Shown here piece after piece: positions 50,148 through 63,209 of a stretch of DNA of 64,000 nt. This DNA comes from Callorhinchus milii (Eukaryota): the NCBI RefSeq assembly GCF_018977255.1, contig NW_024704742.1:107634001-107698000 (forward strand). The letters are read 5' to 3'. The notes beneath the pieces are model-generated. The model had not been told where the DNA came from and searched no databases. It saw only the letters and a list, made by a program, of their open reading frames with translations. Within the stretch, counting starts at the first letter, position 1; every line of letters starts with the position of its first letter. The position numbers and the translations under genes were made by a program.

Positions 50148-51095
50148 TATCATAGAATCATAGAATCATAGAATTGTACAGCACAAAAAGAGGCCATTCG
50201 GCCCATCGAGTTTGTGACGGCTCTTTGAATAGAGCAATTAATGTCAATCCCACTCCCCAGCCCTTTCTCCATCACCCTGCAAACCTGTCCTCCTCAAATA
50301 CCCATCCACCGCATTTTTAAAAGTAGTTATCGAATTGGCCTCGACCACCCTTTCAGGCAATGCGTTCCAGATTCGAACAACTCGCTGCGTGAAAAGATTT
50401 CTTCTCACCTCCCCTCTGCTTCTTTTAGAAACTATTTTGAATCTGTGACCTCACCCACCAGTGGAAACAGTTTTTCTCTTTCTAACCTATCAAATCCCCT
50501 CTTGATTTTGAAGACCTCTATTAGGTCTCCTCGTAACCTTCTCGGCTCCAATGAGAATAATCCCAGCCTCTCTAGCCCTTCCTCATAATCAAGGTCCCTC
50601 ATTCCTGGTACCATCCTCGTAAATCTCCCCAGCACCCTTTCCAATGCCTTAACATCCTTTCTCTAGTGTGGTGCCCAGAACTGAGGCCTAACCAGTGTTT
50701 TATATAGGTTAATCATAACCTCCTGACTCTTGTACACTATGCCCCTATTTATAAAGCCTAGTATCCCATATGCCCTTTTTACAGCCTTATCTATCTGTCC
50801 TGCCACCTTCAAGCATTCATTTACCTGCACCCCCAAGTCTCTCTGTTCTTTTACCCCCTTTAAGATTGTATTACCAGCCTGTATTGCCTCCCCTCATTCT
50901 TTCTACCAAAATGCATTACTTTGCATTTCTCTACATTGAAACTCATCTGCCATGTGTCTGCCCATTTTACCATTCTGTCTACGTCTTCCTGCAGTTGGCT
51001 CCTATCTTTCTCATTGTTTACCATCCTACCTAACTTTGTGTAGTCCGCAAACTTGGAAATGGTGCTTGCTATACCCAAGTCCAGATCATTTATGT
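50148..51095 (-). mobile_element. Young 5'-truncated CR1 LINE
   Basis: YINDLDLGIASTISKFADYTKLG...WADTWQMSFNVEKCKVMHFGRKN and RFTRMVPGMRDLDYEE.LERLGLFSLE; (catagaat)n tail at 50150. Confidence 0.95.
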
Positions 51096-51947
51096 ATACC
51101 CTAGTTAGAATTTGAAATCCTCTGCAGTGAACTTGTTGAATGCAGATAGGCAATGCACCAACATCTTTCATAATATGCAAACTGTCTGTCACAGTCTTCT
51201 GGCCATGAACAAGCAGTAGGTGGTTCAGTCAGTCTTGTCTCATGCTTGAGTAGAGATTACTTTTAATAAGTCTCTAGGCACTGGATCAGAATTCACCAAG
51301 GTTAGTGACCAGCATCACTCGGATCAAATGTGTCAAAACCTTCACACATGAGGAAAAGGTTTGTTTGCTATTAGACAGATATTTTGTGAAATCAGTCACA
51401 ACTTTAAGTTTTAGATTCTTTATCACTTTAAGGGAAACATGCCACACAGAGAACATGCCTTCATTTGATCGGGATACAGTATGATTTGGTTTGATCACAT
51501 TTTGTCATACTTTGACTAGTTTCAGATTACCTGCTTAGCCTTAGTGCTAACATACAGGCTGTTCACAAACCATCTCTAGTGCATGTAGTAACTGAGTGTC
51601 ACACAAGTTCACTGTCCTAGCCTTTAAATCTCTTCACATCTCAGCCCTCCGTATTGATGCAATCTTTTTCAGGGGCGGCATAATGGTTCATAAAATATAT
51701 TACAAAGCATTGATGCATTTCAGAATAGCCATCCAGCTAGGACTGCTGTATTTATTCTGGATTTCAGAGTTGAGGATATGACCATATAGTGAGGGCTCAG
51801 GTAGCATGGTAACCTTCCAAATCAAATATATTTAATTAGAATCCCCAGTAATGTATCAGCAATTCATATTATGTGCCACATTAAAATTCCCTGCAGGCTC
51901 ATGTGCCCACTGAAGGCAAATTATTACTTGTTATCACAAATTTAGCT

Positions 51948-52345
51948 GTCAGCCAAGATCAGTTGGTAGCATTCTCAACCTCAGAAAGTTATGGATTCAA
52001 GCCCCACATCAGGACTTTGAACTCATAACATATCGTTGACACTCCAGTACGATGTTGGGGGTGCACAACATTATTGGAGAAGCCACTCTTTGGATGAAAC
52101 GTTAAACTCAACGTTAAACCCGCCTACCTGTTTAGGTAGATGTTAAAGTTTCGATGGTACAACTTGAAAAGAGAAGGAATTTTCTCTGGCATTCTGGCCA
52201 GTAATGCTCCAAATAAAATTAATCATTCACTTCATTATCGTTTACTGTGTAGCTTTACATTGCTGTGTGCAAAATGGCTGTCGTGTTTGTCTACAAAATA
52301 CACAATCATTACACATTACAGTAACTCCTGTGAAGCACTTTGCCA
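51948..52345 (+). mobile_element. DeuSINE/SacSINE1-like SINE, near full length
   Basis: gtcagccaagatcagttggtagcattctc...ttcaagccccac head through ctgtgaagcacttt tail. Confidence 0.8.
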
Positions 52346-52356
52346 CTCCTGTAAAT

Positions 52357-52681
52357 TGGAGTCCTGTAGCTCAGTGGTTAGCGCACTCGCTTTGCAAGTG
52401 AGAGACCTGAGTTCAATTCCAGGCAGGGCGAAACCTTGGGCAAGTTTCCTTACTCCACGCGCCTAATAATAATCCCTCCCAAACCAAAAACAATAATAAA
52501 TTGGTCATTTTTAATCTACGACTGTTTGTGGGACATTGCTGTGCGCAAATGGCTGCCGCGTTCGCCCACAAATATACAGTCAATTCACTTTACAGTGTTT
52601 CTGTGAAGCGCTTTGGGACGTCCTCCCGACGTGAAAAGCGCTATATTAAACGCAAGGATTATTATCTTTATGATTATTATT
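52357..52681 (+). mobile_element. Young tRNA-Ala-derived SINE, full length, short form
   Basis: Intact A and B boxes, retained CpGs, tail agcgctttgggacgtcctcccgacgtgaaaagcgct. Confidence 0.95.
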
Positions 52682-53289
52682 AAAGCACTTCACAGGATTT
52701 ACTGTTAGGTGTATTTCATATTGAGTTCAACTGTTTAATTTAATTAATTTGTAATCATGATTTTAAGAGACAGTATTTGTTGAAGTAGGATTGATTTATT
52801 GCTCGCACAGCCAGGAATAATTTGGGGCCCTCCGCTCCTCTCAAGTTAATGGAAACTGCACTGTGTGTGTGTGTGTGCGTGCATGTTCTCTTGTGGGAGA
52901 GCATGATTCACAGAATGCTTTGCGTGCCTGAATGAATGCCTCATATCTATTGTGGAGGAGGTTGATACACATAATCTTCCTTTTAGCAAAAAGTGGCAAA
53001 GTCTTAGCTGTACCAACTATAGTGGTTTTACGATGCTGTTTACAAGTTCACACGATTAATCAGGTGAATAAAACCCTTTAGCCCATCTGATCTCTTCCTT
53101 GCACATCACCCACCCCATTACAACATCAAGGCTGTTTTTTTAAATGAGTCCAATGTGCTGGCCTCAACCACTCTTCCTGGGCAAACTGTTCCAATTGATA
53201 ATTGTTCTCTGGGTAAAGAAAACTTCCCATTTCCTAGCCCAGCATCGTGTTTCCTTTTGTTTATCGCTACTTCAGACTGTTTTGACATA

Positions 53290-53760
53290 CAACAACAACA
53301 ACTTGCATTATATAGCACTCTTCATATAGCGTAGCATTCCCTAGCTCTTAACAATGGCAGAGCTTGATGCTAAGCCGGGGAGAGAGGGGAGGTGACTGGA
53401 GGCACGGTCAAAAAAGAAGGTATTCAGGCGGCTGAAAGCGTAGTGGTTGAAAGCATAGCTACTAATGGTGGAGCGGAGGTGATGAGGGACAAGCAAGAGC
53501 CCGGAGTCAGCTGAGCGGAGACAACGGGTGGTGGAGTGGCGAGTAAGCAGCTTGAAGAGTAGGAAGGTGTCAGGGCATGAAGGGGTTTGTAAACGAGCGT
53601 GAGGATCTTGAAGTTGATTTGTTTTATGATAGGAAGCTAGTGGAACTTGCCGAGGACTGATATGATGGGGGCACGGAGTTTAGAGCAGGTGAGTATATGG
53701 GTGGCGGAGTTCTGAATTAGATGGATTAGTTAGAACAGGAGTTTGGGATTATTTTTGGCC
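53290..53760 (-). mobile_element. L2 3' fragment of a more divergent subfamily
   Basis: (caa)n tail with cttgcattatatagcactcttca, then gtgaggatcttgaagttgat and gcggagttctgaattag. Tail type shared with about 41790-41990. Confidence 0.7.
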
Positions 53761-55197
53761 TCCAGGATAGCCTGGGAGAAGAGTACTGACATACTCACTA
53801 TCTCAGCAGAATGATATAGTGAGCAATGAGTCAACAAACAGCCCAAGATTTCTTTTAGCTCCCCCTTGGCAAGTGTTCTCCATTCTGCAGAACTCTCTCA
53901 TATTCTTGCACTTTCTCTGCCCATACTCATTGATCCATTTTCTCTTTCCACACACTCTATCTCTCCTTCATTCTCACCATAAAATGGCGAGTGATGCTCT
54001 GTATTCCAATACATTTAACGTATGTTGATGCTTTTGATGAGAAATGCCTTTAACTGTGTACATCATAGGTTCTACGGGAAGGTCTTTAACATTGAAAGTG
54101 ATTTAATATTTTGTTAATATTATATTACAAGGATTTAATTAAAATCTTGTGGGAAAAATCAGCATTGCAATGAGAATATTTAATTCCATTTGTACAATTT
54201 AATTATAATCAATATCACACATTACAAATATGATTAATCTAAATGTAAAAATATTTAATAAAAAAGATATCTTAGCAATGTATTCAATACAGCTATCTTA
54301 CAAATATCACAAACATACCTTAGCAATATTAATATACATGACACTACAGTAATAACAACATAAAATGAACAATATGTATGCATTAAAATATGAACGGTAT
54401 TTCATTAAAATAATAACAAATATATTTATTGAAATTGATAAAATGTTAAATGTGATATAATTTAACTAATGCTGAAGTGCCATGTTTTTGTATCATTAAA
54501 AGCACATCTTGAAGGAAAATTAATTGAAACTATCTGGTGATATAAAAAGACAATTAAAATAACATCATCAATGTATTGTATTCAGAAATATACCTTATAT
54601 TTTAGTTAAATAGAATATTGATATTGGATTCTTACTTGAGGGATTAATTATCAGTATTTTTACTGTTTACTTCCGATTCTCAGAAAAGGTGGGGGAGGGG
54701 GGGGTGGACACTTTGCATTTTCTAATTCAGATTCCTTACGAAGGAATCCTGTTTAGAAATACCATTAATTAGAATCCACTATGTGTAATTAAGATGAGAC
54801 CACTATTTACATCTTAACTTTTGTTTGATTAAAAACATTGATTTTACAAATAATAACATTTCATACCACACACAATTTACAAACTCTACGTGATCCAACG
54901 TAGTCTGCCTGTAAATCTATTTTATTTTAAAATGTAAGATTCTCTAAAATCCAGTCTTAATTTGGAAGTATGTTTGTTTTAAGAATTGTGAAAACCTAGC
55001 TTCCAAGTCATTCAAGAGTGAATTGGAGAATTGTCTACGGTTCTATACAGTCTTAAGTGTTAAGTCAATACCTAGTGATATTTTGGACCTCCTGCTTCTA
55101 TTATGTATCTTAAAAGTGCATGGGTTTCACAAGAGAGTCTGTGCTAAACTATATTCTCTTTAAGGAGTGAGCAGGCCTGTGGACCCTATTCATCATT

Positions 55198-55342
55198 TAT
55201 AGAATCATAGAATCATAGAATTTTACAGCACAGAAGGAAGCCATTCGGCCCATCGTGTCTGTGCCAGCTCTTTGAAAAGAGCTATCCAAATCAATCCCAC
55301 TCCCCCGCTCTCACCCCATAGCCCTGCAAACCTGTCCTCCTC
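55198..55342 (-). mobile_element. CR1 3' terminus
   Basis: (atagaatc)n followed by acagcacagaaggaagccattcggcccatcg. Confidence 0.9.
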
Positions 55343-56404
55343 ATTTTGACATGCTACGCACGTATATTTCCATTATGCATATTTTCAGTTTTACGTCATG
55401 GCAACATGTTTCCCACAAACAAATGAAAACAGTTTGCCAAACACAATTTCATGAAAATGTGCCCTTTAAAGTCAGAAGCCTACTTATAATATGCATAATT
55501 CAAATCACTCACCATTGTATTTTATTATATCTGTGTATTATTTGACTGCTTTTTCATTTCTTCTCCCCCACCGTCCCCCACACCCGTCTCCTTTGTTGTC
55601 ATCTTGAGGCAGTGACTTATTCTGGGTACATTAGCCCAAGTTCCGATAGCTGTTTTGCACCTCTCCCAGCTGGTCATTCATTTGTGAACCTACACAGAGT
55701 GAGTGAGTGACAACAGGTTACTTGACAGGGAAAAGGAGCAAATTCAATCGATCCTGATCATGTCCTCATTTAATGACAAATTCCTATAGGAGGTGTCATC
55801 CCATAAATAAATGTTTTGGGCCAATTGCAATCCTGTGCATAGTCTCGCAGTGCTAATGTCACCATTAAGCATTTTGTTTCCAATCCAGAATGAAATTCTA
55901 CATTTTGATTTCATTAAAAATTATATTTGAAACAAACGTGAGGTGACTGCACTAATCCGGGCAGACATATTGTGAGGAAACAATAATAAACAAACTGCTG
56001 GGTGAAAAAAGGAAAGGAATGAAAATCCATGAAAACAAAGAAACCAGAGAGAAAAATCCATATAGCTATAGTAGAAGGCATTAGAACCAGTCTTTAAGCA
56101 AAATCATTCAATCACATAGATCTGCATCCCACTGAATATTTTCTTCGAATTTTATTTACAAACGCAACCTTTCGTATCCTCTGATTTTCGAGCTGGACAA
56201 AGCAGGTGTTTTATTGTGTTGAAACTCCCATTACACAATCAGTCGGGCACTGCCTGCATGACATGAAACGAAAGGAATTTTTAACAAAAATACTTGATAA
56301 TAAGGATAGATGACAGGAACAGCTAACCTTACCCCAAAAATACACACACTCTTTACAAGTATATAGCACTGGTGAAACCACATGATTCATAACATGTCAC
56401 AAAT

Positions 56405-56595
56405 GATAATCCTTGCACTTGATATAGTGTCTGATCATGTCATTGAGACGTCTCAAAGCGCATCACAGAATATACTGAGAAGTGAATTGACAGTGTATTT
56501 TGAGGGAGGGGGAATGCAACAGCCAATTGCGCACAGCAGTGTCTCACAAACAGTTATGGATTGAGTGACCAAATTAATATTATTTTTATTTTATT
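56405..56595 (-). mobile_element. 5'-truncated SINE tail
   Basis: ataatccttgcacttgatatag...cagccaattgcgcacagcagtgtc. Confidence 0.85.
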
Positions 56596-56640
56596 TTATT
56601 AGTTTGCTGTGACAAACAGTGACTCTTGCAGATAACCTCT

Positions 56641-56925
56641 CAAGCGAGAGACCTGAGTTTGATTCCCGGCAGAGTGAAACCTTGAGCAAGTTTCTTTACT
56701 CCACACGCCTAATAATAAGCCCTCAAGAAAACCAAAAAATAATAAATTGGTCACTTTAATCCACGACTGTTTGTGGGACATTGCTGTACGCAATTGGCTG
56801 CCGCGTTTCACCCGCAAATATACAGTCAATTCACTTTACAGTATATTCTGTGAAGTGCTTTGAGACGTCTAGAACACGTGAAAAGCGCGATATCAAATGC
56901 AAGGATTATCATTATTATTATTATA
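56641..56925 (+). mobile_element. Young SINE, short form, head partly missing
   Basis: caagcgagagacctgagtttgattcc...ccacacgcctaataataa...tail. Confidence 0.9.
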
Positions 56926-57017
56926 ACTGGACATATGTCACAGTGCAGGAATTCCACTCTGGAAGAAGATCCGGTTGGAGCAGAGTTCGAACTCGTCGGT
57001 ATGATGTACATACCTGG

Positions 57018-57350
57018 AAGACCTGAGTTTGATTCGTTGGGCAGGGCGAAATGTTAGGCAAGTTTCCTTACTCTACACGCCTCTGTTTACCTACCAGTAA
57101 GTAGGAACCTGGTTGTTAGTCGATTGGCAGATTTCTTTTCCAGAGGTAATAATCCCTTAAAAATAAAAATAATAATAATTTGGTCATTCAATCCACGACT
57201 GTTTGTGGGACACTGTTGTGCACAATTGGCGCCACTTTTTGCCCATAATATTTACAGTTAATTCACTTTACAGTTTTTTCTGTGATGTACTTTGAGACGT
57301 TTCAATGATGTGATCAAACACTATATCAAATGCAAGGATTATTATTATTA
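57018..57350 (+). mobile_element. Young SINE, long form, head partly missing
   Basis: acacgcctctgtttacctaccagtaagtaggaacctggttgttagtcgattggcagatttcttttccagaggtaataatccc, then standard tail. Confidence 0.9.
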
Positions 57351-57929
57351 TACCTAGAGGAGTTACTATTTGCAAATATATAGGGCACCACATTGTTTTA
57401 GAACCCAACAAGTTTCCTGGGAAGGTAGAAATTAAACAAAATATATTTGATAATTGAGTGGTATGTTTTATTTGCCTGGAGGAAATAAAGTGATAAATAA
57501 AAATCCAAATTTCAAGGGATAGTTCACATATTCACAATGTAGATCATTTGTCAGTGAGAACTTGGATAAATGGACACGTTGCTAATGTTCACAAAATTGA
57601 ATTTTTTTTAAGTCTACACCATTTACTTCACGTTTTCATAAGACAATTGTTGATCTTCATATTGACTGGCAACTAATAAGCCGATTAATACACAGAGAGT
57701 AGTGACTGGCAGCAAGTAATCAATCACCAGGCAGTTCCTCATTTACTTCAAAGATGTTTCAATTTTTGTATGAATATAATTTAAAATGCACTTTTCCCGA
57801 AAGAGCTCTACTTGTCCATTTTATTTTGTTTAAGAAGTTTTTTTTCTTTGATGTTTTTTTCTGTATCCAAAGAACAAAGAAAAAATAAGCTCATGCCACG
57901 GGGTTGCATTCCTGTGTGTGATGGAGCAA

Positions 57930-58490
57930 TAATAACAACAACAATTGAATTTACATTATGCTTTTCACATCGGGAAGATGTCTCAAGTCGCTGGACACTG
58001 AATGGTTCGCACCCGAGCTGGGGTTGGAGTCAAGGGCCGTGGGAGAGGAGGATGGGGGAGGTGGGAGGGTCGAGGTGAGAGGTTGACTGAAAGCACGGTC
58101 AGAGAGGAAGGTCTTGAGATGGGCCTTGAAGGAGGCAAGAGAGGTGGAGGGTCTCCGGGAAGGAGTTCCAGAGGGTAGGGGCAGGAAGGCTGAAGGCCCA
58201 ACTGCCTTTGGTGGATGAGGATGGCAAGGGATATGGAATAGGCCAGTGCCAAGCAGAGGGAGTGGGCAGGTTGGTAACATTTTAGTCGGTTACAAAAGTA
58301 GGGAAGGGAAAAACCATGGAAGGCTTTAAAAGTGAATACAAGGATACAACTCAATCTTCTGAGGTATGAGGAATCAATGAAGCCGAGCGACGATGGGGAT
58401 GATTGGCTCATGGGGTTTAATGCGGGTGAGGACACAGAATACAGAGTTTTGACAAATCTGCAGCTTGTGGAGGAAAGAGTTGGGGATATA
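57930..58490 (-). mobile_element. L2 3' fragment
   Basis: ILVFTFKAFHG, ASFKAHLKTFL and (caa)n tail. Confidence 0.85.
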
Positions 58491-59132
58491 AAAGTAGATT
58501 TTTTTTCCCCCATTGGGTGCATGGCAATTAACCTACTGTACAGCTCAAGTGTAGACATAGACATTGAGCTCTCTGTTGCTTAATCGTCTTAGCCTTTGGT
58601 GGTGTTTAAAGCAGATAAGGCATTAATACTGTGTGATTAAAGAATGGTTCTTCTTAATAGACACGGCATGCAGCTCATTATTTATGGATGAAATGCATGT
58701 GACTGCGCACATAAAAGGCAGAGAGCACTGTTGTGATCTATTTTGATTAAAGCAGTTAAATATTTTCAGCAAGTAGTAGTGTTGAGTATCTGTGATAAAA
58801 AATCATTGCTGTTAAAATTTGCTCATTTTTGGTCACAATTATGCATAATAGTTCAAACCTGTCATATAAACTTTAGAAGATATTTTTGACAGGACTCGGA
58901 CATGTTATAAGAAAAAGAATTTTTGCAAAGACTTTTCACTAGAGTTATCAGATATTGAATGTCTCCTGTCTTGATTGAATGGACAGAGTTCATGTGCCTA
59001 TGGTATTTATTCAATATTTGGAATTATTTATTCTCAAAAAGATTGTGGATAAGTGGTAACATTAACTGCTTAAAGTAAACAAAATAAATAACGTTATCTA
59101 TATCTAAATGTGTCCCATATGATAGACATTAA

Positions 59133-59548
59133 CGTGGCTCAGATGGAAGCACATTTCACCACAAGTCAGAAGGTTTGTGGGTTTGAACTCCATGTGTGGA
59201 GTTTGAACTCATGGTTGAAGCTAACATGCCAGTGCAGTACTGGGGAGGCCATCCTTCGAATGAAATGTTAAATCCATGTCCCGTTTGTCTGTTCAGGTGG
59301 ATGTTAAAGATCTTATGGCACTATTCAAAAAGAGGAAAAAGTTTCTCCATGTATCCTGGCCAACAATCCCACAAATATATCTGATCATTCATTCGATGGC
59401 TGGTTGTGATTCATCACTGTGCGCAATTTGGCTTCAGTGTTTGCATACAATTTACACAGTCAGTAGACTTCACAGTAAATCCTGCAAAGCACTTCTAGAC
59501 ATCCGCCTGACATAAAGGACACTATATCAAATGTAAGCATTATTATTA
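59133..59548 (+). mobile_element. DeuSINE/SacSINE1-like SINE, near full length
   Basis: gtggctcagatggaagca...gtcagaaggtttgtgggtttgaa head, caggtggatgttaaagatcttatggcacta body, (tta)n tail. Confidence 0.8.
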
Positions 59549-62389
59549 TAACAGTACAAATATGCTATCCAGTGCTGTGCTCCTTTCTAGCATATCACCT
59601 CCACTCATGGTAACTGTAGCTATTGGTCTACATAAGATGTGTCTGTAACACCACCCTGTTGGTGGTAGTAACCGGAAACCAGGAGTGAGCCCATCTGCTG
59701 CTAATACGCCAGTCCACTCCCAGGACACTGTCATGTATGTAAACGCAGAGTGAGGAGAGGAGAGCTGTCTCTACTGGAATTTTTCCTGACAGTCCCAATG
59801 CTACATCTCAACCTCCACACATAAGCAAAAATGACAGGTGCAAAAGCCATAAAGAAACAAATGCTGTAACTTTTAACCAAAAGACAGTTGGTGTTTGATT
59901 TTAAAGTTCTTGACAAAGAGTCAGGGGAATTCTTTTTCGTATACGCCTTTGCAATATTGATGTACAGCTGTTCTCTATTTTATTTTTGTATAAGGTCCAT
60001 CAGTCACTATTCTTGAAATAAGTCAAATTATAGCGGAGAATGAAAGACCTCCTAGATTGTTAGGAAATGAGGCAGAGCCTATTAGTACCAATTCTCCACT
60101 CACCACTTGAAAGCAACAGTACCCACCAACATAAATCACACTGTTCATATTTCTAAGCAATTTCCTTAAATTAGTAAGAAAATTGCCTCCTGTCTTTGCA
60201 CCGCAGCACAATTCCGGGCACCATGGAAATGTTCCCATCCATCAACGTCACTTATAATTACTTGCAACCGCTTGATTGACTGTTTTCCCATCAAACTTCA
60301 CTCTGCTTGAAATAAATGTAAAAGATTAGAGTAACCAAAAACGCACTCAGCAAAAGAAATTAGACCTTCATTGTATGCTCACTCATCACTTGTTTGTGAC
60401 CAAGGCTGTGCTGAACAATGTTCTTTCTATCTGCTCCATTGAAACCCAGCCATAGGGGCAGGAGACAGTGATGGGAAAATATGACTGCCGTCTGCAGAAA
60501 ATTTAATCAATGTACTTTAAAGGTGCTTTCTTCTCCCTTCCATCCCCACCCCCTCCAGCCCTACCTTTGCACAAATATCTTTATTTATATTTATGTATTT
60601 ATTTTAAATAAATTAACGTTGTTCTGGTCCACTCTTTGAAGTCATTGGACTATAAACTGACATTCAGAGAGATTCCGATCAGAATTGAATTGAAAACACT
60701 TCATACTCCATAAACAAAGAATAGTTGGATCACGTCCCTTATTATTATTATTATTATCATCCAAATGCAAGGATTATTATTATTTGAGCCTGAATCTGAA
60801 TATAAGGGAAATGGGAATTATATCTGTGCCACCATAGAGATTTCTTGTAAGACCTTTAGTTAACTCTGGCCCAAGGGTCAGCCTTACAATGGTTGTAACC
60901 ATCAGTTTCTTACTGATGGGGGACAGTAGGGTGGGTGTTCTGGAGGATGATAATTGGATGGGTCTTCCTCATTCAGACCAATATTGTGTTTTTGTGATCG
61001 TACAAGTATTTGTTTTTAAATCAGTTATTTATAAGGTAGGAGATTTTGGGAATCTAGTAAGAAAATGATATAACCTTAACAGGGGAAGTTTTTAAGCAGA
61101 GCAGGAGGAAATTGCTCATGTTTTATTTATATTACCCATACGCTGATCATCCTCGGAGGTGGGGGGGAAGTAGAGAATGGTAAGCGGGGTCTCCTTGGAG
61201 CTGAACTGGCTTCAAGGTGGCAGGTTTGCCAATGGAAAGTCAGAATCAAATCAATCCTCTGTGATGGTCTTGGCTGTGTGGTTTCTGGGCCACACGAGCT
61301 TGGGATGTCCCCAAATCGTGAAAGGCGCTATACAAATTTAATTTTGTTGTTGTTGTTGTTGTTGTCTGCAGTACCCCAGGGCATTGCTGACCACAAACCA
61401 GCTAGTCTGGCTTGGGAGCTTTGGAGGTGAGCTACAAATATCTTTCTTTCAGTTTTAATAGTGGCTGATAATCCAATTCATCCCTAACATAGTGGCTTTT
61501 AGTCTCCCCTGATGGCCCATTATTGTAATAAACACTCCAGTACCATCCACCGATCCTGCGTAGAAACACCTCTATCAGTCTATTATGTACAATAATCTTC
61601 TCCTCTCGTTAATCCTCTTGTCTCCTTTTACAGAGCCTTCTAAATCATTCACTTTCCACCACTGAAGTTATTTTATTTCACAGAGCAAAAGGTATTCACT
61701 CAACTATAGGACATCATCGGCTTTGAACTTCAGTTGCACTAAAAGCATATAATAGACCTAAATAATAGCTGTCCATTAGCTAAGAACAGAGAGATGAATT
61801 TAAGGTTGATAGCATAATTTTGCCTGAGAAGGTGGTGGCATTGATTACCATGTGTTGCAGTAATAATCTAAAGCTTGTTGGAGGGAGTAGGGATTTGTTG
61901 TATACATGTGGGAGAAGGGAATAGATGAGTATAGGAGAGGGGAGTAAGAGGGTGGAGGTTCATGTGGAGTATAAACACTGGAACAGACTAGTTGGGATGA
62001 ATGACCTGTTTCCATGCTAAAGCATTCTATGTAATTTCAGAGGAAAGTAACAATAGTGAACACTGATTCATTAGCAAAAGTGGAAAATAAATGAGTTTGG
62101 TTATTTATAAAATGAAAGTTGTTTCATTTTGGAGACAAAGAAAATCAAAAAAGCTAACCCATGTTTTTTTAGATGCTGAAAGCCATGGTTGTAATAGATG
62201 TAACCAAGACTAAAGTGCACTATGATTATACAGCTACACAAGTAAAACAATCAACAACAAACAAGCAAACCAAGAGATGAGACCCACCGTTTAGTAGATT
62301 TGTGAAATTATTCCGAGTAAAATAATTGAATGCTGTGTGGAAGAATTTCTTTGAAAAGAGTTGAGTATCTGCTTAAGATTGGAATTGTA

Positions 62390-62780
62390 ATAATAATAAT
62401 CCTTACAGCACCTTTCACATCAGGAGACATCTCAAAGCACGTCACAAGATATACTGTGAAATAGAGTGACTTGTAGGTGAACGTGGCAGCCGATTGTGCA
62501 CAGCAATGTCCCACAAACAGTCATGAAGTGAATGACCAATATTATTTGGCTACTTGTTAGCTGGGACAATAGGAAACATTGCCTGATCTTTGCGAATAGT
62601 GCCGCGGGATCTTTAACTTTCACTTTAACAGGCATCCAAAGGATGGCACCTCCAATAATTTAGTGCCCCCACCCAAGCCCAGCATTGGAATGTAGACTGT
62701 ACCCCAAGTCCTGATGTGGGGCTTGAACCCACAACCTTCTGACTGAAGATACTAGAGTACTATGAACTGTCCCAGGCTGA
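62390..62780 (-). mobile_element. DeuSINE/SacSINE1-like SINE, near full length
   Basis: gtggggcttgaacccacaaccttctgact head, aatagtgccgcgggatctttaac body, tail at 62390. Confidence 0.82.
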
Positions 62781-63209
62781 AACTCTAAGCTACTGTGAAT
62801 TCAAAGCTACAACAAACACAAAAGGGAACTCTGTGATTCCTGTGCTATCAGTTCTCTTTACCTAAATCAATATTCACAAGTGAAATTAAGAACAAAAGCT
62901 ATAAAAGGTGACACAAATATACAAAAAGGTACATAAATGATTATAGACAGGAGATAGACAAGATAAAGAAAAAAGCTAATTATGAAAAGCTATAGTATGA
63001 AGAATGAATTGAGTAGACTGGAGGGAAAAATTGGCAAACAAAGATGTTGACAACAATGGAAGATCTTTAAGCATGAGATAATAAAGGTGCAGGAGAAATA
63101 AGCAAAATTAACTCATAACGTGATGCCATGGATGAATAAGAAGGTGAAGACAAACTGCAGCTTAGCAAAAAAAAATTTGAAAAGTACAAGTAAACCCCCC
63201 AAATAAAAA

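Noticed and set aside
54090..54660. Very AT-rich tract as satellite or organellar insert
   Set aside because: No periodicity or gene remnants visible; treated as low-complexity DNA.
54730..54752. 8-bp perfect hairpin (also one at about 60899-60919) as a terminator
   Set aside because: Intrinsic terminators are not expected in this eukaryotic context, and stems this short occur by chance in 64 kb.
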